Assembly: GCA_903875275.1 (NCBI GenBank)
Contig: CAIQVX010000098.1
Coordinates: 762 to 64,761, forward strand
Length of the DNA stretch: 64,000 nt
Direction of reading: 5' to 3'
Source: an uncultured beta proteobacterium
GTDB lineage: Bacteria > Pseudomonadota > Gammaproteobacteria > Burkholderiales > Burkholderiaceae_C
How positions within the stretch are numbered: position 1 is the stretch's first letter; the number at the start of each line of letters is the position of its first letter. Under the pieces are notes generated by a model, which saw only the letters and a list, made by a program, of their open reading frames with translations, was not told the origin of the DNA and made no database searches. Positions 61,134-64,000 of the stretch are shown piece by piece. A program made the position numbers and the translations under genes.

Positions 61134-62432
61134 ATGAACACTGCACTTCAGGACGCGAAACTATTCTGGCTGCTGCAGCGCACGTCCCTGCCGTCCCAGA
61201 CAATGCATAGTTCGACCAGTTTCTTCCTGATGGCTGGAATGGCACGACTTGCTCCCAGTCATGCATTTGCCTTGGCAGCAGCCTTTTTCATGCTGGCTAC
61301 GCTTTGCAGTTCATTGAACGTTTATTTGTTGAGCTCAGCCTGGTTGAGGTTGATGGGCGATGATGCGGCCGCTCGACTGGAGAAGTTTTCATTGTGGTTG
61401 AGCGGTACTTCGGCTCTATTCTTCGGTTTTTTCTGGTGGGGCTACCGAAGTTGGGCCTTTGGTGCAGCACCGCTTTCAGAAGTTGTGAGCGTCGGATTGG
61501 CTGCGGCGTCCTACTTGCAATATTTTGCGCGCAGAAGACAACTGTTGCTGAATGGACGCTTTGCCATGGCCACACTGGCCGACACCATTCGCGCGATATT
61601 GATTGTTGGGGCTGGGGCAGCCACTGTTTGGACTCAAGGCGTGTTTGACTTTGATCGGTTTCTCGTTATTTTTTTGTCAGCCCATGTGATTGCTGTACTG
61701 CCGGTAATGTCCTGGCAGCGCGACGTTGCGAGCCTTCGCTTGCCTTTGCGTGCAAAGCTTCTCCACGTCCTCAGCCCTCTTTCCGCACTGCGAAAGGGTG
61801 ACTGGCTTGCAGTTGGATCAGGTGCTGCCAACGTGGTGTTCAGTCAATCGGCATCTTTGCTCGCCCCGATACTGATCGGATCTACTGAATACGCCACACT
61901 CCGGGCCTATGAACTTTGGCTTTTCCCGGTGTTTTTCATGGCACAAATTTTGGACCCTATCTATATGCGCAAGCTCAAGACAGTTTCGGGTGGTGCGTCA
62001 GGGAAACGTTCATCATCGCTGGCTACTCTTGCATGGCCAGCTCTAGTCATTTTCTCGCCTCTTGGCTTGGTTTGTCTGTTAGCCTGGTTGTTGCCACCAG
62101 CAGCGACTTTGATTCAACTCACGATTTCGCCAGAGTACCGGGGTTCGTTCTGGTTAATGACTTGGGTGCTTGGACTATCAGGTCTGATTGCGATGAACGC
62201 TCCCGTGCGTTGGCACATGACTGTGACCGGAGTGGGCAAGCCCTTGCTGATTGGAACTGGACTAGGGATCGTTTTCACTTTAATTGTTCTGTTCATTTTA
62301 ACCAGGCAATACCCGACTGCCTGGACTATTTTCTGCTCCAAAGTCACATACGAGTTAGTGCTGTTACTTGCAGGTAGCTGGGGTCTATTGAAATTGTCGC
62401 AATCCACCAAGGGAGGTTCAGACAATGCCTAG
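61134..62432 (+). CDS. Polytopic membrane protein, probable Wzx-like flippase
   Basis: About 12 hydrophobic segments, position within the EPS cluster; no diagnostic motif seen. Confidence 0.55.
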   Translation: MNTALQDAKLFWLLQRTSLPSQTMHSSTSFFLMAGMARLAPSHAFALAAAFFMLATLCSSLNVYLLSSAWLRLMGDDAAARLEKFSLWLSGTSALFFGFFWWGYRSWAFGAAPLSEVVSVGLAAASYLQYFARRRQLLLNGRFAMATLADTIRAILIVGAGAATVWTQGVFDFDRFLVIFLSAHVIAVLPVMSWQRDVASLRLPLRAKLLHVLSPLSALRKGDWLAVGSGAANVVFSQSASLLAPILIGSTEYATLRAYELWLFPVFFMAQILDPIYMRKLKTVSGGASGKRSSSLATLAWPALVIFSPLGLVCLLAWLLPPAATLIQLTISPEYRGSFWLMTWVLGLSGLIAMNAPVRWHMTVTGVGKPLLIGTGLGIVFTLIVLFILTRQYPTAWTIFCSKVTYELVLLLAGSWGLLKLSQSTKGGSDNA

Positions 62433-63537
62433 AGACTCCAATATCACGCGGATCTACATCGTATTTACGAGCTACCAATTCAAAGTAGCGCTGGTCCACC
62501 GTCGGACTTACCCAGGTACGGGTGGCGCACTGTTGGTTCATCACCAGTCCATTGTGCCTAGTCGCGACGAATTGAAAGAATTTGATGAACTCCTATCATT
62601 CCAAGCTGGCACGGGTATTAGAAGTGACTCCAATCGACAGACCTTTCAAATTCTGCGTCAACGATTTGAGCACTTGATAGCTCATGCCGACCGGCAGTCG
62701 GTACCGGATCTATTTGTCTGTTCGATAGCCTACCCACTGACGAACTGGCTGATAACACATTTCGTCGGGCGATTGCGCACGAGCATATTGATCGATGGAC
62801 TCAGCGGCTATTTGCCTTTACGAAAGCCAGTTGTGCGCGAACTGGCAGATGGTTTGCGCAAACTCTACGTCGGTTTGTTTATTGGCATCAAGACCAGTTG
62901 GATATTCAAACATCCTCAAGGCTTGGATTCAGACTTCGTGCATGACCTGTATGCCGAGATGCCGGCGCTACTTTCAGCACACAGGAAGCCGGTCAATTTG
63001 CTCCCATCAGTGTTCGAGCCGCTGGATGCAAGCCAGCGCGAACTGGCAAGATTAGATGTCTGGTTCTTAGGTCAACCCCATACCCTCAGGGGCAAGAAAT
63101 TGGTTGACCTGCTGATGCAATTGCTGGCGGCCTTGCGGAGGGACCATCCGGAGGCACGGGACTTCATCTACAGAACGCATCACTTTGAAGCCGCATCTGT
63201 TAGTGAATTGATTCGTAGCACCGGTTTCAAAGTGGAAGAGGGCCACGGTTGCGTAGAGGAACTGCTTTGCGCCAGGCCACCGATAGCCGTCTACAGCTAC
63301 CGCAGCACCGCGCTGCTAAACTTGCGCCGCATACTACCGACAGACATTCCTGTTGTGGCTTTCGCGCCCTGGCTAGTGCAGCCGCCGGAGGAGAAATTGC
63401 TTTATGGCGATATCCAACAGTGGATGTTAACGCTAGGTATCGACAGACCTGCCCCAGCCAGTGCAGTGTTTGCTTTGGAGGTTGAATTGGGCCGCCGGCA
63501 GACCTGGCAATCCCAACTGCGGCGGCTAGTGCGATGA
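62425..63537 (+). CDS. Putative sialyltransferase-like glycosyltransferase
   Basis: TSYQ N-terminal motif, IDGLSGY, FLGQP, YRTHHFE, VEEL, STALL resemble polysialyltransferase/GT52-like patterns. Confidence 0.45.
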   Translation: MPRDSNITRIYIVFTSYQFKVALVHRRTYPGTGGALLVHHQSIVPSRDELKEFDELLSFQAGTGIRSDSNRQTFQILRQRFEHLIAHADRQSVPDLFVCSIAYPLTNWLITHFVGRLRTSILIDGLSGYLPLRKPVVRELADGLRKLYVGLFIGIKTSWIFKHPQGLDSDFVHDLYAEMPALLSAHRKPVNLLPSVFEPLDASQRELARLDVWFLGQPHTLRGKKLVDLLMQLLAALRRDHPEARDFIYRTHHFEAASVSELIRSTGFKVEEGHGCVEELLCARPPIAVYSYRSTALLNLRRILPTDIPVVAFAPWLVQPPEEKLLYGDIQQWMLTLGIDRPAPASAVFALEVELGRRQTWQSQLRRLVR

Positions 63538-64000
63538 CATCAATACTTATGGTTCATAACGCCTACCAGCAACGCGGCGGAGAAGACTCGGTGGTCGACG
63601 CCGAAATCCAACTACTACGTTCGTACGGTCACAAAGTCACCGAATATCGACGCAGCAATGACGAATTGAACCGAATGAGCCGTTCCACAGCGGCGCTGCA
63701 AACTTTTTGGTCGCCTGTCACGGCCCATAAAGTGGCCGAGCTGATCGCCATTGAGAGTATTGACCTTGTTCACTGCCACAACACATTTCCGCTGATCTCG
63801 CCAGCTGTCTACTGGGCTGCAGCCCGTGCAAGGGTACCGGTGGTGCAAACCTTGCACAACTTTCGCCTGATCTGTCCACAAGCACTGATGCTTCGCAACG
63901 GTGTTCCGTGCGAAGATTGCGTGGGGCATGTGCCGTGGCGCGGTGTGATGCACGGCTGTTATCGCGATTCAATCTTTCAGACCGGTGTGCTCGCTGCCAT
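63534..64000 (+). CDS. Glycosyltransferase family 4 (partial, runs off the window)
   Basis: MTSILMVHNAYQQRGGEDSVV, HCHNTFPLISPA, VVQTLHNFRLICP; ATGA overlap with previous stop. Confidence 0.88.
   Translation, partial: MTSILMVHNAYQQRGGEDSVVDAEIQLLRSYGHKVTEYRRSNDELNRMSRSTAALQTFWSPVTAHKVAELIAIESIDLVHCHNTFPLISPAVYWAAARARVPVVQTLHNFRLICPQALMLRNGVPCEDCVGHVPWRGVMHGCYRDSIFQTGVLAA

Overview
GC-rich betaproteobacterial chromosome segment; gene content and order suggest Comamonadaceae (inference). 1-22.9 kb and 29.2-37.6 kb are mostly housekeeping genes (coaD, rsmD, ftsY, selD, rpoH with a perfect CIRCE operator, hemL, purH-fis-dusB, ychF, dsbC, rfaE2, purB, moaC, pglL). There are two accessory regions. 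(i) A tRNA-Met(CAT) gene is followed by two tandem insertions bounded by copies of the tRNA 3' end. The first is a 4.6 kb minimal integrative-mobilizable element (tyrosine integrase, RepL-like protein, pBBR1-type oriT, MobV relaxase, Zn-ribbon cargo). The second is a 1.5 kb remnant with BrnT/BrnA and an orphaned antitoxin. (ii) From 37.7 kb to the window end lies a co-oriented polysaccharide supercluster. It starts with a tightly coupled cellulose/wss-like operon whose BcsA is an intact ORF lacking every catalytic and c-di-GMP-binding motif, with a barrel-less mini-BcsC, no BcsZ, two BcsQ paralogues and AlgI/AlgJ acetylation genes. A PEP-CTERM protein and a methanolan-type EpsA/B/L/D/E/F/G-exosortase B-EpsI Wzy-dependent EPS locus follow directly. 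The dead-synthase Bcs scaffold joined to the XrtB/EPS locus is the strongest candidate for an undescribed system. All calls rest on motif recognition by eye; no searches were run.
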